A stretch of 64,000 bases of DNA from positions 79,858,001 to 79,922,000 of the forward strand of contig CM052816.1 of assembly GCA_028534125.1 (NCBI GenBank), given 5' to 3'. The position numbers and the translations under genes are program-made. Shown here one piece after another: positions 22,848 through 35,620 of the stretch. The notes below the pieces were generated by a model. The model did not search any database. It saw only the letters and a list, made by a program, of their open reading frames with translations, and was not told where the DNA came from. The stretch comes from Lama glama (taxonomy: Eukaryota). Position 1 is the first letter of the stretch. Every line of letters starts with the position of its first letter.

Positions 22848-25800
22848 GTATGGAAGTAAGGCACCTTTAAGCCTGTGACATGTGATATTTTCACCGAGGT
22901 CAGTGAATAACGAACGTTTTACCAAACGTCATTTAAGTTGTAGAACATAATGTCATTATTTGAATTCTTTTCCCATCTTGTTTTACAGAGATAATGGTTA
23001 ATAATAATGTCTAAAATATATTAAGCCAATGTATAGGCCAGTGTGAGGTCTGCGCAGGTCCCAACCTGTCTGTTAGAGGGTTTGTCTTCTGGGAGGATAA
23101 GGTCGTCTTCTCCTTTGATAAAACCTCTCATATAGTTGGCTTTGGCATCTTCCAGGAGGGAGGAGTTCAGAGATTGAGGCCTCCTGTGTTTGGGTTTTCA
23201 GCTGAGATAGAGAAGACAGTGGTTATGACCAGGAAGTCCAGAGTAGGGTAGAGCTCCCTTCAGGGCTTGCCACTGTTACCCAAGCCTGGGCTTCATAGAA
23301 GTCATAGAAGTGGATTCCTTAATAATAGTAAAATAATAACTCCCCCTCCAAATAAAAATAAAGTATAGGTCTGGCACTCACTCTGCTGAGTGTTTTATAT
23401 GTTTATATATTTAATTCATTTAATCATCACAGTAGTCTTACAAGGTGGGTTCTGTTATTATTCCCACTTTACATACGTGAAAACGAAGACAGTTTTAGTG
23501 GATTTGTCAGTGGTCCTACAGCTGGCAAGTGGCTAAGTTGGGATGAAGACCTCAGAATATTTGTTTCCATAATAACACTTTCCCACTATCTCCCTATTAT
23601 TAAAAAATTTTTCCTTGCATTGGTTATAATCTACTTGTTCTTACAATGTATTATTTGTATGATTCAGATAGGATTTCAGATTAATTCAGCATTTTTGGGG
23701 AACACCTAAGTGCACTGTATGACCTTAGGTATAGAGGGATAACTAAGACATGGTTCCTGTCCTCAGAAGAAATTGAAAACCAGTATCACTCATTTATTGT
23801 CTAATTGTTTGGCAATTTTCCAAATGACTTTAGCTGAAGTGATGGGCACGAAAAGGAGACAAGAGAGTCACGTGGGGGATAGTTTAGATCCAAGCTAGAT
23901 GAAGGATCCTTATAAAGTTTGGCATGGAATCGAAATCACTCTTACACCTTTAACTATTGAGTAGTGTTCTAATGGATCACAGTTGGAAAAGCATAAGATG
24001 TTTTGATTGGTAATCAGAAATTACTTTAATGGGTTTAGCACAATATTGTTATTTTAAAACCATTTAAAAGGGAACTCTAGAGCCTTAGTGCTAAGTTTTC
24101 ATTCTTTCATGTACGTACATTTTCACATTTACTTTTTTTCATAGGCTGGAATATTTCAAGAATTTACAGTTCAAGAAGAGTCTGTTACTTTTCGAATTAA
24201 TTTAACCGTCCTCTTAGACTGTTTATCTATTTTTGGATCAAGTCCTACTCCAGGTGAACCATTTTATTATTATTATAACAACATAAAAGCATTATACAGA
24301 ATGGTCAGAAAAATACAGAAAAAGTTATTAGAATATAAGTAATATAAACATTTCTTTAGAAAATTAATTGCTGATTCATTTTTCATTTGCCACAGTCATG
24401 GATTCTGATTTTTCATAATATTAACAGAACATATGCTTGTGGTTCTTTTCATATTTGCAAAAGTATTTACACCATCCATTTTTTTAAATTTACAAAGCTT
24501 TTAAGATTTTAAATTTAAACTAATCAAAAGAAGACTTTGAACATGTCTTAAATATCTTTAACATTGGGAAATATATTTTAATTGCTTCTTTTTTCTGACT
24601 TGTCCAGAATTACAGTTGGCGGCAGAGAAAAATGGAAACCAATTCTCCTGACTCCCAGTTTACTGTGTTCAAAATTTGTTTGCTTTTTTTCTTTAAGCCC
24701 TGTTTATGAATTATGTTTATTTTCCTAAATGCTTTCCTTTAAAATATTGATGTATTTTTAGGAATAGTGACTTTGGTTGCTATGGGTATAAAACTACAAG
24801 GAATCCCAAGACAAATGATTTCTTTTTCACAGGAAAGGAATCTGGATATTACTAGGGTAAATTCAGTTATGGTTCTCTAGAAAATATACTTTAATTTTGT
24901 ACTGACAATTCCATTATTATTAGAATTGGCTAAAATTATAAATTTTTTTAATGCCGTGTTCCCCAGCTGGTTTTTCATAAAAGCCTCTGCCTTCCCTCAT
25001 TCCTCACTGTGGTTCTCCATCCAGTAAGAGACAGGAGCTGGAAGGTCCTGTCATATTACTCCTCTAACGGCTTGCAGTGGTAAAACCCTGCCCACCATTA
25101 ACCACTCTTTTTCTCCCAATTAGATCTTAAAATTTGAGGCAATGTAAAGACTGTCTCCCAATAGAAAAGGTTGGAGGGATCCTTATCACAGTGAATACAG
25201 TGAGGTTATAGGAAGACAGTATCGAAGCAATCCACTGTTGCACAAACTGAACCTTCAGCCATGGCAGAGCCTACTCTGCAGCAGTTCTATGACACACAGT
25301 ATTGGACCACGTAGATTGTCCAGCCTGACGTTGTATATATAGAATCAACAAGCTATTTCGCAGGTGGTTTTTGGCAACCTGGAAAATGAGTTTCAAAGAG
25401 TTACATTACGTTTTGTTCTGGTTCCCCAATTTCTTAAAGTTATTTTTGGAATTGTCGACACACAGCTGTCATCAGGGAAGATGTGATCCCTTCTTATAAG
25501 GAGCTACATACATACATGCTAGAAATTGGACAGAATAAAATACTCTTGAGGAGGGAGTTTTTTGCATTATTTGAGGAGGAGCTGAACCCAGAGCTATAAA
25601 GCCAGGCCCAAAGTGTGATTTCTTTCCGTCGCAGGGACTTTAACTGCACTTCGGATGTGTTACCAAGGCTACGGTTACCCTTTGATGCTATTTCTGGAAG
25701 AAGGTGGAGTGGTGACAGTCTGTAAAATCAATACACAGGAGCCTGAAGAGACCCTGGACTTTGATTTCTGCAGCACCAATGTTATTAATAAAATTATTCT

Positions 25801-28742
25801 GCAGTCAGAGGGGCTCCGTGAAGCATTTTCCGAATTGGATATGACGAGTGAGGTCCTACAGATCACCATGTCTCCAGATAAGCCTTATTTCAGGTACTTG
25901 ACAGCAGTTGATTCCATCTCCCTACTTACACATTTGCTTAAGATGCAGACCTTTTATTATCCAGGTTATTAGAATCTTGAGAACTTTAGAGAGCTTTTAC
26001 CTTAGCTCGTACTAAGGTCAGGACCCTTAGGACCCAGGAAGATTAGCTCACTCTCCAAAGCTTCACAGGTAGTGTTGGTTATTCTGCAGTCAGAGGGGCT
26101 CCGTGAAGCATTTTCCGAATTGGATATGACGAGCGAGGTCCTACAGATCACCATGTCTCCAGATAAGCCTTATTTCAGGTACTTGACAGCAGTTGATTCC
26201 GTCTCCCTACTTACACATTTGCTTAAGATGCAGACCTTTTATTATCTAGGTTATTAGAATCTTGAGAACTTTAGAGAGCTTTTACCTTAGCTCATACTAA
26301 GGTCAGGACCCTTAGGACCCAGGAAGATTAGCTCACTCTCCAAAGCTTCACAGGTAGTGTTGGTTTCTAGGAGAGTAGCCTCGTCTCCAAATTCGCAAAC
26401 TAGTGGTCTTTTCATTGTTGTCCTCCTTACTATTGTGGGTCAGGGGGCATCGTGAGGAAAACTGGGCTTAAACTTTTGGAAAAGGTGTTCATGTTACATG
26501 GCATCTCTTTCTTTCCTTTCAAGTTAGTACAGAATACCAAAGGAAGTAGGTATTTTCTAGACATGGTTCATTCACTAAGTATTTACTGATCACCTCCTGT
26601 GTGCATATTTGCCTTATTAAGCACAACAGGAAGGAACAGCTTAAAATCAAGGTGAAGAGGAAATATGTGAAACACCTCAGAGGGAACAAAATTACACGCC
26701 GTCAAATTCTAAAATAATATACATAGATCCCCTCAGGAACCAATAGATGAGTCCTTAGGGAGGAATGGTCAGGATGAGCATCCTAGGAGAGGGCAGTTTT
26801 CTGCAGGAATACATGTTAAAAGCTGTCAAGCTGCTTCTCATATTTTGGCCCAATAAATTATGAAGGGGCAGAACTCTTTTCAGGATTAGAATCAATTTGG
26901 AGAGAGAATTTAAATATTTCTTCTCTTTTGAAATATTTCATAATATTAAAGAGTAGGAAGTTAAATACACATGATATGAGAGGTGTAACTGTTCTTTTTG
27001 TATGTGCTATGGAAGAACGGCAGGCCCTTCTCATGGCTTAGGCAGTTAAAAATTTGGCTCAAGATTGGTTAAAATGTTAACCAAAAATAGAAATCAATGG
27101 AACCCTGCTTAAGCAGTGATATGAATTAAGATTCACTGAAACAAGAGTGTTCCAGAGGATCCCCATATTAAAGATCTCAGCATGGGTAACCAGTTGGGTC
27201 ATGGTATCTGTCATCTCCCCTGTGGGAAACTGGTGGTGGGGAACTGGAAGTTGAAATACTGTTTCTGGATGTGTTAAATGTGAGGCACCTGTGACACTAG
27301 GCAGTAGCTGGACATACAGATCTAGAGCTCAGGAGAGAGTCTAGCCCAGAAATTTAGATTTGGGAACCATCGTCATGGCTGGGCATGGACGACTTGGCTC
27401 AGAGAAATAGGTTACGTTGTAAGAGAGAAAAGATGGGTCCTAGGGGAAATCAGCACAGAGGTCTTCTCTCTTGTGCGAGTAGAGTGCTCATCTGCCTCTT
27501 ACCCCTATAGCAAGTGGTGAGTGCTTGCACGTTAAGTAAACATACAAACATTTATAAATTGCCTACAAACTGCTGGTATTACCAAGTGAGGAAAACCATA
27601 AAACAGCCTGATTGCAGTCTGGGATACAGAAAAGCCATAACTGCTTAGTGTGGCAGTAAAGATAGGGAACAGGACCCCAGGCTGGCAGCTGACTTAGACC
27701 AGGGTCTTCGTCACTCGTCAGCTCTCCTGTTACATACTTCTCATTTAAGGGTGAGGAAAGGACAATGTCAGAGAAGAATTAAGGTAATGAAATTGAAGCA
27801 GCCCACCCCTCACCAATTCCTTTTGTGACTGATTTTTTTTCAAAGCTGTTTACTAGTTGCCAGCTCTCCTATACTCCCACAGCATCCTACAGGTATCTTC
27901 ATTATGTAATTGTTACAGTGCATTTTCAGCATGTGTTTACATACCTGTTTCATTCAACAGAATGAGCTTTATTAAGCAAGTGTTGTCTTTATTTGGATTC
28001 TAATGTGGCTTATTGTTGGACCAATGAATAAATGAGTTGCTCGTTTTCTACTACAGGTTATCTACTTTTGGGAATGCAGGAAGCTCACACCTTGACTATC
28101 CCAAAGATTCTGATTTGATGGAATCATTTCAGTGTACTCAGACCCAGGTCAACAGGTCAGTTCTTACTATAAAGGCTGTCATTGGTGATGAAGGGGAGGT
28201 TAACTACCACATTTCTGTTAAATTTTTTAAAACTTTAAATGTGTTGATAAAAGTGTAGCATTTAAAAAGTAAATAGTGGACCAGAAATAGACACAACATT
28301 GTAAACTGATTATAATTCAGTCAATCAATCAACCAATCAATCAGTAAACAGTAGGTTGCTGGTTTACTTGGGGATTTTGGATTGTAATAAGGGATGAAAT
28401 TTTTAAAATGAGAAAATACTAGTAAATTAGACAAGGATTTGATTTTATTCTTATATTTGCTACTTGGTAGTTGTTGGCTAATTTTTGTCCTTTCTTTGGA
28501 ATTATGAGCACTGCTTAAAGTGTGTCCAAATAACAGCCTTTTATTTATTCTTCTACAGATACAAGATTTCTTTACTGAAGCCCTCTACAAAGGCATTAGT
28601 CCTGTCTTGTAAGGTGTCTATTCGCACAGATAACCGAGGATTCCTCTCATTACAGTATATGATTAGAAATGAAGACGGACAGATATGTTTTGTGGAATAT
28701 TACTGCTGTCCTGATGAAGAAGTTCCTGAGTCTGAGTCTTAA
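22653..28742 (+). CDS. RAD1: Cell cycle checkpoint protein RAD1 (9-1-1 clamp subunit), 281 aa; join(22653-22847,24145-24253,25635-25893,28057-28155,28559-28742)
   Basis: Five GT-AG coding exons sum to 846 nt in one frame; MPLLTQ...SLVASLDNVRNLSTILKAIHF...FVEYYCCPDEEVPESES*. A non-coding first exon probably ends near 22183 (gtgag donor), with the next acceptor at 22582. Confidence 0.97.
23375..23580. mobile_element. MIR SINE relic
   Basis: MIR core-like 'ttattattcccactttacatacgtgaaaacgaag...cagctggcaagtggc'. Confidence 0.6.
24145..24253 (+). CDS. RAD1: RAD1 exon 3 (109 nt)
   Basis: AGIFQEFTVQEESVTFRINLTVLLDCLSIFGSSPTP. Confidence 0.95.
25635..25893 (+). CDS. RAD1: RAD1 exon 4 (259 nt)
   Basis: (G)TLTALRMCYQGYGYPLMLFLEEGG...QITMSPDKPYF(R). 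Confidence 0.95.
25796..26365 (+). repeat. 285-bp tandem duplication covering the last 98 nt of RAD1 exon 4, its donor and 187 nt of intron
   Basis: 25796-26080 vs 26081-26365 with four substitutions (25849/26134, 25916/26201, 25962/26247, 26009/26294) and TT microhomology at the junction. Confidence 0.95.
28057..28155 (+). CDS. RAD1: RAD1 exon 5 (99 nt)
   Basis: (R)LSTFGNAGSSHLDYPKDSDLMESFQCTQTQVN(R). Confidence 0.95.
28281..28342 (+). mobile_element. Extremely 5'-truncated L1 3' end with (TCAA)n tail
   Basis: ccagaaatagacacaacattgtaaactgattata; the same 3' end recurs at 41196-41240; degenerate TSD agtaaatagtgg/agtaaacagtag. Confidence 0.6.
28559..28742 (+). CDS. RAD1: RAD1 last coding exon (184 nt to TAA)
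   Basis: (R)YKISLLKPSTKALVLSCKVSIRTDNRGFLSLQYMIRNEDGQICFVEYYCCPDEEVPESES*. Confidence 0.95.
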
Positions 28743-29165
28743 GTCTGGCCGTTCCATGTGTGTGTTTACATACACGTTCCTGATAGGTCGTGTTCCTGCT
28801 CTGAGTGTGGTGCTCTTCATGATTTCTTACTGGATTTTCTAAGGCAAAGAAGCCTGGAAGAGACTGGAGCAAAGTCCCTGTCCCCTAACAGTTGTATTTT
28901 GTAAGTAATGTTTTCATGTGGTCACAGGTTTATCCAGTCCTGGACTGCCCTGTGGTTCTGTCTTTTGAACTCATGGGAATCGTTAAGGGCCAAGATGAGG
29001 AAGTTTTATGTTTTATTCTATTTACATTGGACCTTCCAAGAGTCTAAAAATTTAAAGTTTGATGAAGCCATATCTGAAATGTTCTTTTATGTATTTACTG
29101 TTAGAGAAAGCAATGGCAAAGGGGCATTGCTTATTAGTTGGAATTCTGGAGAATCTATCTTAGGG

Positions 29166-29293
29166 CAGTGGTTCTCAAAGTGCCTAGATCACCTGGAAAC
29201 TTGTCAGGATCTCTAGGGGCAGGCCAGCAATCTGTAGTTTAAAAAACTTCCCTCCTGGAGATTCTGATGGATGCTAAAGTTTGAGAACCACTG
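29166..29293. mobile_element. MER5-type hAT MITE in the RAD1 3' region
   Basis: Terminal inverted repeats cagtggttctcaaa ... tttgagaaccactg. Confidence 0.75.
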
Positions 29294-30442
29294 TTTTAAA
29301 GAATCCGTTTTTAAAAATAGCATTTAATTGCATTGAAGTGACTACTTTTACATGTGATTTCTTCACAAATGTTAGGAAACTTAGGCATCACCAAACAAGT
29401 CTGGATAATTATATGATTTATTTTTGAAGTGTGTATTTTGAAGACATCTATGTACAAGATATAACATAGTCTTCAGAGTTAGATTTTCATCTTGTTCTGA
29501 AAACTGTTCAGTGTAGTAAATACTTATTAGATACCTTCTGTTTGCCTATAGAAGTTTCTCAACCAAACTAAGGTGTACAAAACCAGTTACTGTTTTTACA
29601 CTTTCTTGGATAGTTTTCAATGAAATAATGTTTGTGGTGTGCAGATATTTGATAAAATACAATGCTAAAATTATCTACCTTTTTTCTAGTAGAAAAAAAT
29701 ACGTAACTAAAATGAAGTTTCTGTACCAGGTGACAACAGCTCAGTGTGTCTCAGTGGGCAGGCACTGTTGGCCTTTGGAGAGTATTTCAGCCAAGCACTG
29801 AGGGAAAAGCTCCCCCACAACAGATGCAGGCGCTGCTCCCAGGCATGCGTCCAACTCGAGCAGTTCTGGGTATCTCGCCCAGGTTGAGTACCTGATAACT
29901 AGTAAGTTTCCCAGGCAATCTCAGGATGCCCAGCAAGTACAAAAGAGACTGGAGTTTTGTAGAGTATGTGTTTAAGGAGGAAATGATCGAATCTACTAAA
30001 TGTCAGATTTCTTTTTTTGCCTAAATAAACACTAAGAACAGAACAAATCTAAAACAATTATGAAAATATTTAATCAGTAAACATTTCAAGGACTACATTT
30101 TTCTTTAAATTTAAAATAGGGCAGTTATTTTTGGTTTTTGTTCATTGGTATGTCTGGTACCTAGAACAGTGCCTAGGATACAAAAAATATTTGTTAGATG
30201 AAAGAACCTCTACTTACAGATTATTATTCACTATTTTATTCCAATTATTTAGTTATGAATTTATTTTGAATTTTGTATTTCTTAAGAGCTGAACCTATGA
30301 AGAATTTAAAATATGTATCGATTTGACTGACATTTTTGCACATTTAAGACTTGTTTTAGCTGCACATATCTTGAGTTATTTATAATTCAGAAGCTAATGA
30401 ATTTAATTCTTTCTAAGTCTCCCTAACATCAAGGTATGATTT

Positions 30443-30448
30443 AATAAA
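30443..30448 (+). terminator. Candidate RAD1 poly(A) signal (another AATAAA at 30024-30029)
   Basis: AATAAA followed by T/GT-rich sequence; actual usage unknown. Confidence 0.4.
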
Positions 30449-30521
30449 GTTTTCTATTTATGTGCCATCCTATTTGACCTAGGAATTCGCTGGGTTTTGT
30501 TCAAGTGCCTATGAAAGGTCA

Positions 30522-30540
30522 GACCACTAGGGGGAGCACT
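30522..30540 (+). promoter_or_regulatory. Candidate CTCF site
   Basis: CCACTAGGGGGAGC at 30524-30537, one mismatch to the CCASYAGRKGGCRS core. Confidence 0.6.
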
Positions 30541-33500
30541 TCCCCAGGCTAAGTTCATTTCCTGTGTCACAGAGAAGACTACAATCTTATTTTTAAGATT
30601 TTGCTTTGCCGTTTTGAAGTTTATCTCATATTCTTTCCAGTAAATTTGTGCTTACCACGACTGGGTAGGTAATCTTTTTTCGTTTTTAATTAGTTTACTC
30701 CCTTCTTGATGATGAGGTACTTCCACTTAGAATTAATGAGATGATTCAAAATAAATAAAAATAAAATGACTTGTTAAATTCTCCTGTTCTAATCAAAATA
30801 AGTCTTGTAATACAATCATTTTCGTAAGAATTAAGTAGTGCTGTGAAGAATCAGTGACAGGTGCCAAAAGGGCAGCATGGGCGTTCGCTACAGTTTAGGG
30901 CAGGGGGGTTTCCGAACGTGTAGTCTCCCTTCTCCCCCTGTCTTCACACTGCTGGCCCTTGTCCCCACCTGAAATAAAATCTGTGGGTCCTGCGAAACTG
31001 GGGACATTATATAGTATTTTCTCTTCCCCCAACCGTGCGTGAGTAGTGTTTTTATACGCACGTCAGGTTACACACATCCCTGCGGCAGCTGGCAGCTTTC
31101 ACAGGGGTTTCCCGCTCCAGCAGCGGACAGCCAGTGCTCTAATCAGAAGTGCCACAGCACCATTACAAGTGTGTCTGGCATCCATATCTCCGTCACCACC
31201 AGAGGTTTTGATAACTAGCAGAGCAAATGTTTGAAGGTTTTCTTTTTGAAATTAATAGCTCACCGATCAGTATAATAGTTAGAGTAGTGGCTTTCACTGG
31301 TAAAACTAGAGCTATTCAGGATATGTGAACTAAATTATTTCATAGTAGTTAGTTTCCCATCCTTGCATGGAAAGGATATAAGCACCTAGTGAGGCCGGTA
31401 GCCTGTACCCTTAGGCCTGGTGCCTGAGACTTAACCCCTAAGTGGTCTGTCTTCCTGCCATTTTGTCCAAGCATTTGCTGACTGGATTAGGGCAGTCCCA
31501 TCTCTGGAATATTGTCAGGTTTGCCTTCAGTGGACCTTTCATGGAAAGTGGTGGGTGAGCAGCCAGGACAGAGACATGAGGCTTCACTAAGCCTGCAGAA
31601 CAGGCCGCATAGATGTCCTGCGCGCTCACTAATGAGTGCTCATTCAAATTTGTATGTGGGACAGTTTGATCTGGGCTTGATTTTTTTCTAACGTGGTATA
31701 TAGAGATTGAAAGAAAATAGCCAACCCTCATCCACCTCAGAAATTTCAGTGGACAATAGCTAATTTAAAAGAATTTAAAAGTGGGGATGACCTTGGTAGC
31801 TATGTCTGCTGGAAACATCAGGTGTTTGATTGGATTGATACCCAGATTGCTGCTTCCCACTGAATGATTTAGAAAGCAGCTTAGTTCTCGTCTACAGTTT
31901 TCCAAGAGTGAAGCTTCATATTAAGTCGTATTGTCCTGAACTTTTCAATGTGGTTTCATAAAACTTGGGAACTTTACAAAATAGTCAAATTTTTAAACTT
32001 TTGAGACCAACATAAGTAGTAACTTTCTATTTTGTCAGATATGAGGATATTAAAACTATAACTACCATTCATTCTCACTGCTGTTTCATAAGACATTTTA
32101 ACATCAAAACCTCAGACAACTTTATAGCAATGTTAGCTTACTTAGCAACTATACTATCAATAAAGAAGAACTGGAAATACTAAAAATAATTGCAAGTGAA
32201 ATAACAGGGTTACACCATAACATTTTATTTTACTATGTTATACTTTATGCTATTGTTTTCTTGATACAGGTTTGTCGGTTTGGAGATCTCAAGATTTTGG
32301 GGTCTCACAAAATCATAAAATTTTTAAAATTTTAGGGCCACCCAAGACAGAGTCTGAAAGACCACTTCTTTCTGATACTTTGTTTTTATCACAGTCATTG
32401 TTGAAAATCTCTTTTCAACTGGATATGAGAAAATGAAAGCAAGTCTGAGGCTGCTTTGGTCAATTTAGAATATTCTGGGCAAGAACAGCAGTCCCATCTC
32501 CAGACGGGGTGACCGGTTCACACACACTGCAGAGAAGGTCAGCAGCATACCGCAGCCTTCAGCCAGGGCCGAAGCCCGAGACCCTGGTCCTGAGTGCCGT
32601 GCTTAAAGTGCTCTGCGAGTCAGCTAAGGGAGAGCGGCAGCTGCGGGGAGGAAGTCTGCGGGCCAACCGCTGGATTAATTGGTAATATGCGGAGCCCTGC
32701 TCGCTGCTACACCTCGGGTACTGGTTGATGTTTAGATTTTACAAACTGAACAAATGACTGAAATGAAAAAAGAACTTCCTGAATCAAGAACCAAAATGTG
32801 GTTCTAGAAGCACTGAGTGTCAGAGACACACTTGGCTCTCCAAAGATAGGTCTTTGAGCTTCGTTAAATGAGCTCAGGTAACTGAGGAACGATGAAAAGG
32901 AAAACTAAAAGTGCAAACTTGAATCTGATTTCTCCTCTGTCCCTGAATATACAAAGAGGAAAAGGAGGAATATAATTCAAGATTGTCAGTTTCCTAGATA
33001 CACACTTGTTCAGGGCCTCAGGATTTAACAGCCTCAGCGAGCATGAGCGTTCCTCTCCTAAAAAAGCCTTTATCGTCCGGTTTGGTGGGGATGGCATGGG
33101 GGGATGGAAAGTAACTGTCCGGGATTCGGGAGGTCTGCTTTATTATCACCAGGCTGACCTTGAGTAGATCAGTTCCTCTTGTCCCTGGTTTCTTCACTTA
33201 CAAGAATCAAACAGGCCTTTCTGACTCTAACACGCATGACTTCAGTAAGCCAGATCAGGCCAGTGTTTCACCAGATCAGACATTTCCTCACAAAGCAGTT
33301 GTAGTGAACTCTAACAGGTTATGACTAAAGATACTTACAAGTAGTATATTAAAATGTTCACCAATAAACTACTTAGGCATTGCAGAATTTTTCTAAAAGG
33401 TCAGAATTGAAAAGAATGGAATCAGAGTTAGAAGAAGGGAAATGGAGGGTAAAGGGAGTCCCAGTGGCATGAGAGACTAACTTAACGCACGTGCCTAAAA

Positions 33501-34579
33501 GATTTCTTCCTCTCAGGTAACGGGATCTTGGTTTCTAATGGCTCTCGGGTCTTTTACCTGTAATGCTGCTGCTGAGTGGACCTGTTCCCCCCAGAATTCT
33601 TGGTTCTGCTTCCGATTTGTCACTGCTGTGAGTGTTGGTGAATATATTTTGTGGTACAGAATTTTTGTTATCAACAAATTTGGCTTTATTGTTGGCTATC
33701 TTGTACAGAGGTTTTCTCTTTACTGATAACAGAAGACCTAGAGAAAAGGAGAAAACCATTTGTGCATTTGTGGGTTCGAGCCTTCTCTTCCTCCTTCTAG
33801 CCCTAAATCACTGCCTTATTAAGCCGGAAGGCTAAACTCAAGACTGAGGCAGCTATTTCCCCATGTGACCATCCCCCTAAAATGTGACTCCTCTAGTAGC
33901 CCTCCAGAATGGTACTAGAGTCTTGGGTTTTCTCCCTAAAGAGCAGGGAGGCCAAGGATACCTGGATTGCTTTTAACCACAGCTAAAAAAATTTATCTAA
34001 TTTGGGGCCTTTTATACGGTTTGTGATTTTCAGGTGATTTCTCACGAGCAGAGAGATTTAGAGCCCAGAGGCACTATAAAGTCCTAAAAAGAGGATTTAT
34101 CTTCCCTGTTTCCAGCCATTAAGAGTTCCATTCTCTGGTTTCGTAATACTGGAGAGGTTGGGCTGGCGTTAGAGGTAATCTGGTCCAAAAGAATGTGATC
34201 CAGAAACCCGGTTTCTATTAAGTGTTCTTCAGTTACCTCCCATTTAGACCTCAAGCCCGCAACAAGTGTGGTTTTCATAGCCCCTGTTTGCCTGGAAAAA
34301 ATTTTTTTTGTTCCACAGAAACATGAGATACAAAATTTTATGGGCAACTTGAGGTTTTTTTATATGCAAATCCCACCAAAGACTGATTAATCCTCCGTCT
34401 ACTACTGGGCCATATAAAATACAGAAAGCTATCTGGCACTTTAACTTCCTTGTCAGTAAACCAAGAGATAATATGATTCCACATTTGAAGGAAAAATAGA
34501 AACAAATTAAGTCATTTGCCCAGGGGTCTCATGAAATCAGGGGTGGGCAAAGATCTGAGGGATGTCTGCCAGGGACCAG

Positions 34580-34715
34580 CTAGAAGTCAGCCTGCTTGCC
34601 CACCACAAGGTGGCGGCTCCCCAGCCTGAAGTCCTCAGGCCCCTGGAAGGACGTGAGTTCCACGGTGTGTGTATCATCTTCTTGGGATTTATGTAACTGT
34701 ATCGGACTGTCTTGT
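34580..34715 (-). CDS. TTC23L: Candidate terminal coding exon of TTC23L (uncertain)
   Basis: tag acceptor with phase compatible with the 39586 donor: (R)QDSPIQLHKSQEDDTHTVELTSFQGPEDFRLGSRHLVVGKQADF*. The pyrimidine tract is weak and an alternative candidate lies at 37001-37148. Confidence 0.3.
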
Positions 34716-35498
34716 CTATAACACTGTCCTTCCACAGGGTGAGAAGCTCTAGCACACTTTTGAGATGTTAACCAGGAAATGTTTTCCCCACACCAGCGGA
34801 GTGGTCGCTTTTCACAGTTACTAGCCCCTGTCTCATCTGGCTTCACTGCCAATGGTGCAGCTAGAAGGTAATAGTGAAAGCCGAGGTTTCAGTACAAATA
34901 AAAATAGCTGTTATTTATTACCTGTTACTGTGGGGCCAGGCACCCTGCTCACCACGTTACAGACGTGATCTCATTTATTGTCACAGCAACACTAAGAGAT
35001 AAGTACTGTTCTCATCCCCATCCTGTGGATGAGACCAGGATGACACACAGCCAGGAGCGGTGGTTCTGGGGTTTGAGCCCAGGCTTGTCTGTCTGCAGAC
35101 CCAGAGCTCTTAACCTCCATGAATCATAAAGAAAAAGTAGTTCATAAGGACGTGTTGACGTCATGTTTCCATGATCAGATAAAATAGTTCATTGGTGAGA
35201 TAGTCATTGCTCATGAAGAATTTATTATGTCCTAAAGTGGGGCTCACATTCTTTACCAAACTACAAAAGTGTTCTTGTATCCTCGGTTCAGGCATGTGCT
35301 GTATATTCTTTTTGCTTTAAAGAAAACCAAGCCTAAGGTATTTTCTCTTTGGCTTTAAAGATAGTATAAGGTTTTATTTGCCAAAATGTAAATCACTATT
35401 TCAAAAAGAATTCAAGTATATATAAATACAGTGGCTTTTAAAAAACTAATTTGTTTCCAACATGCCAATAGGGAGGTTTAGTATCTAAAAAGTCCTGA

Positions 35499-35620
35499 TG
35501 AGGGCAGGGTGTAGTTCAGTGGTAGAGCATGTGCTTAGCATTCATGAGGTCATGGGTTCAATCCCCAGTACCTCCACTAAAAAAATGAATACACTTAATT
35601 ACCTCCTGCTACAAAAAAAA
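35499..35620 (+). mobile_element. tRNA-derived SINE (Vic-1-like)
   Basis: gtagttcagtggtagagc...gggttcaatcccc head, poly(A) tail, exact TSD AAAAAGTCCTGA (35487-35498/35621-35632). Confidence 0.88.

Noticed and set aside
26072..26257. Second RAD1 gene or independent 61-aa ORF
   Set aside because: It starts at a non-ATG codon and is only the duplicated exon end plus intron read-through.
35499..35572. tRNA gene (also the heads at about 11820-11893, 47055-47127 and 57015-57082)
   Set aside because: Degenerate stems, a shared non-tRNA body, A-rich tails and TSDs show these are SINE copies.
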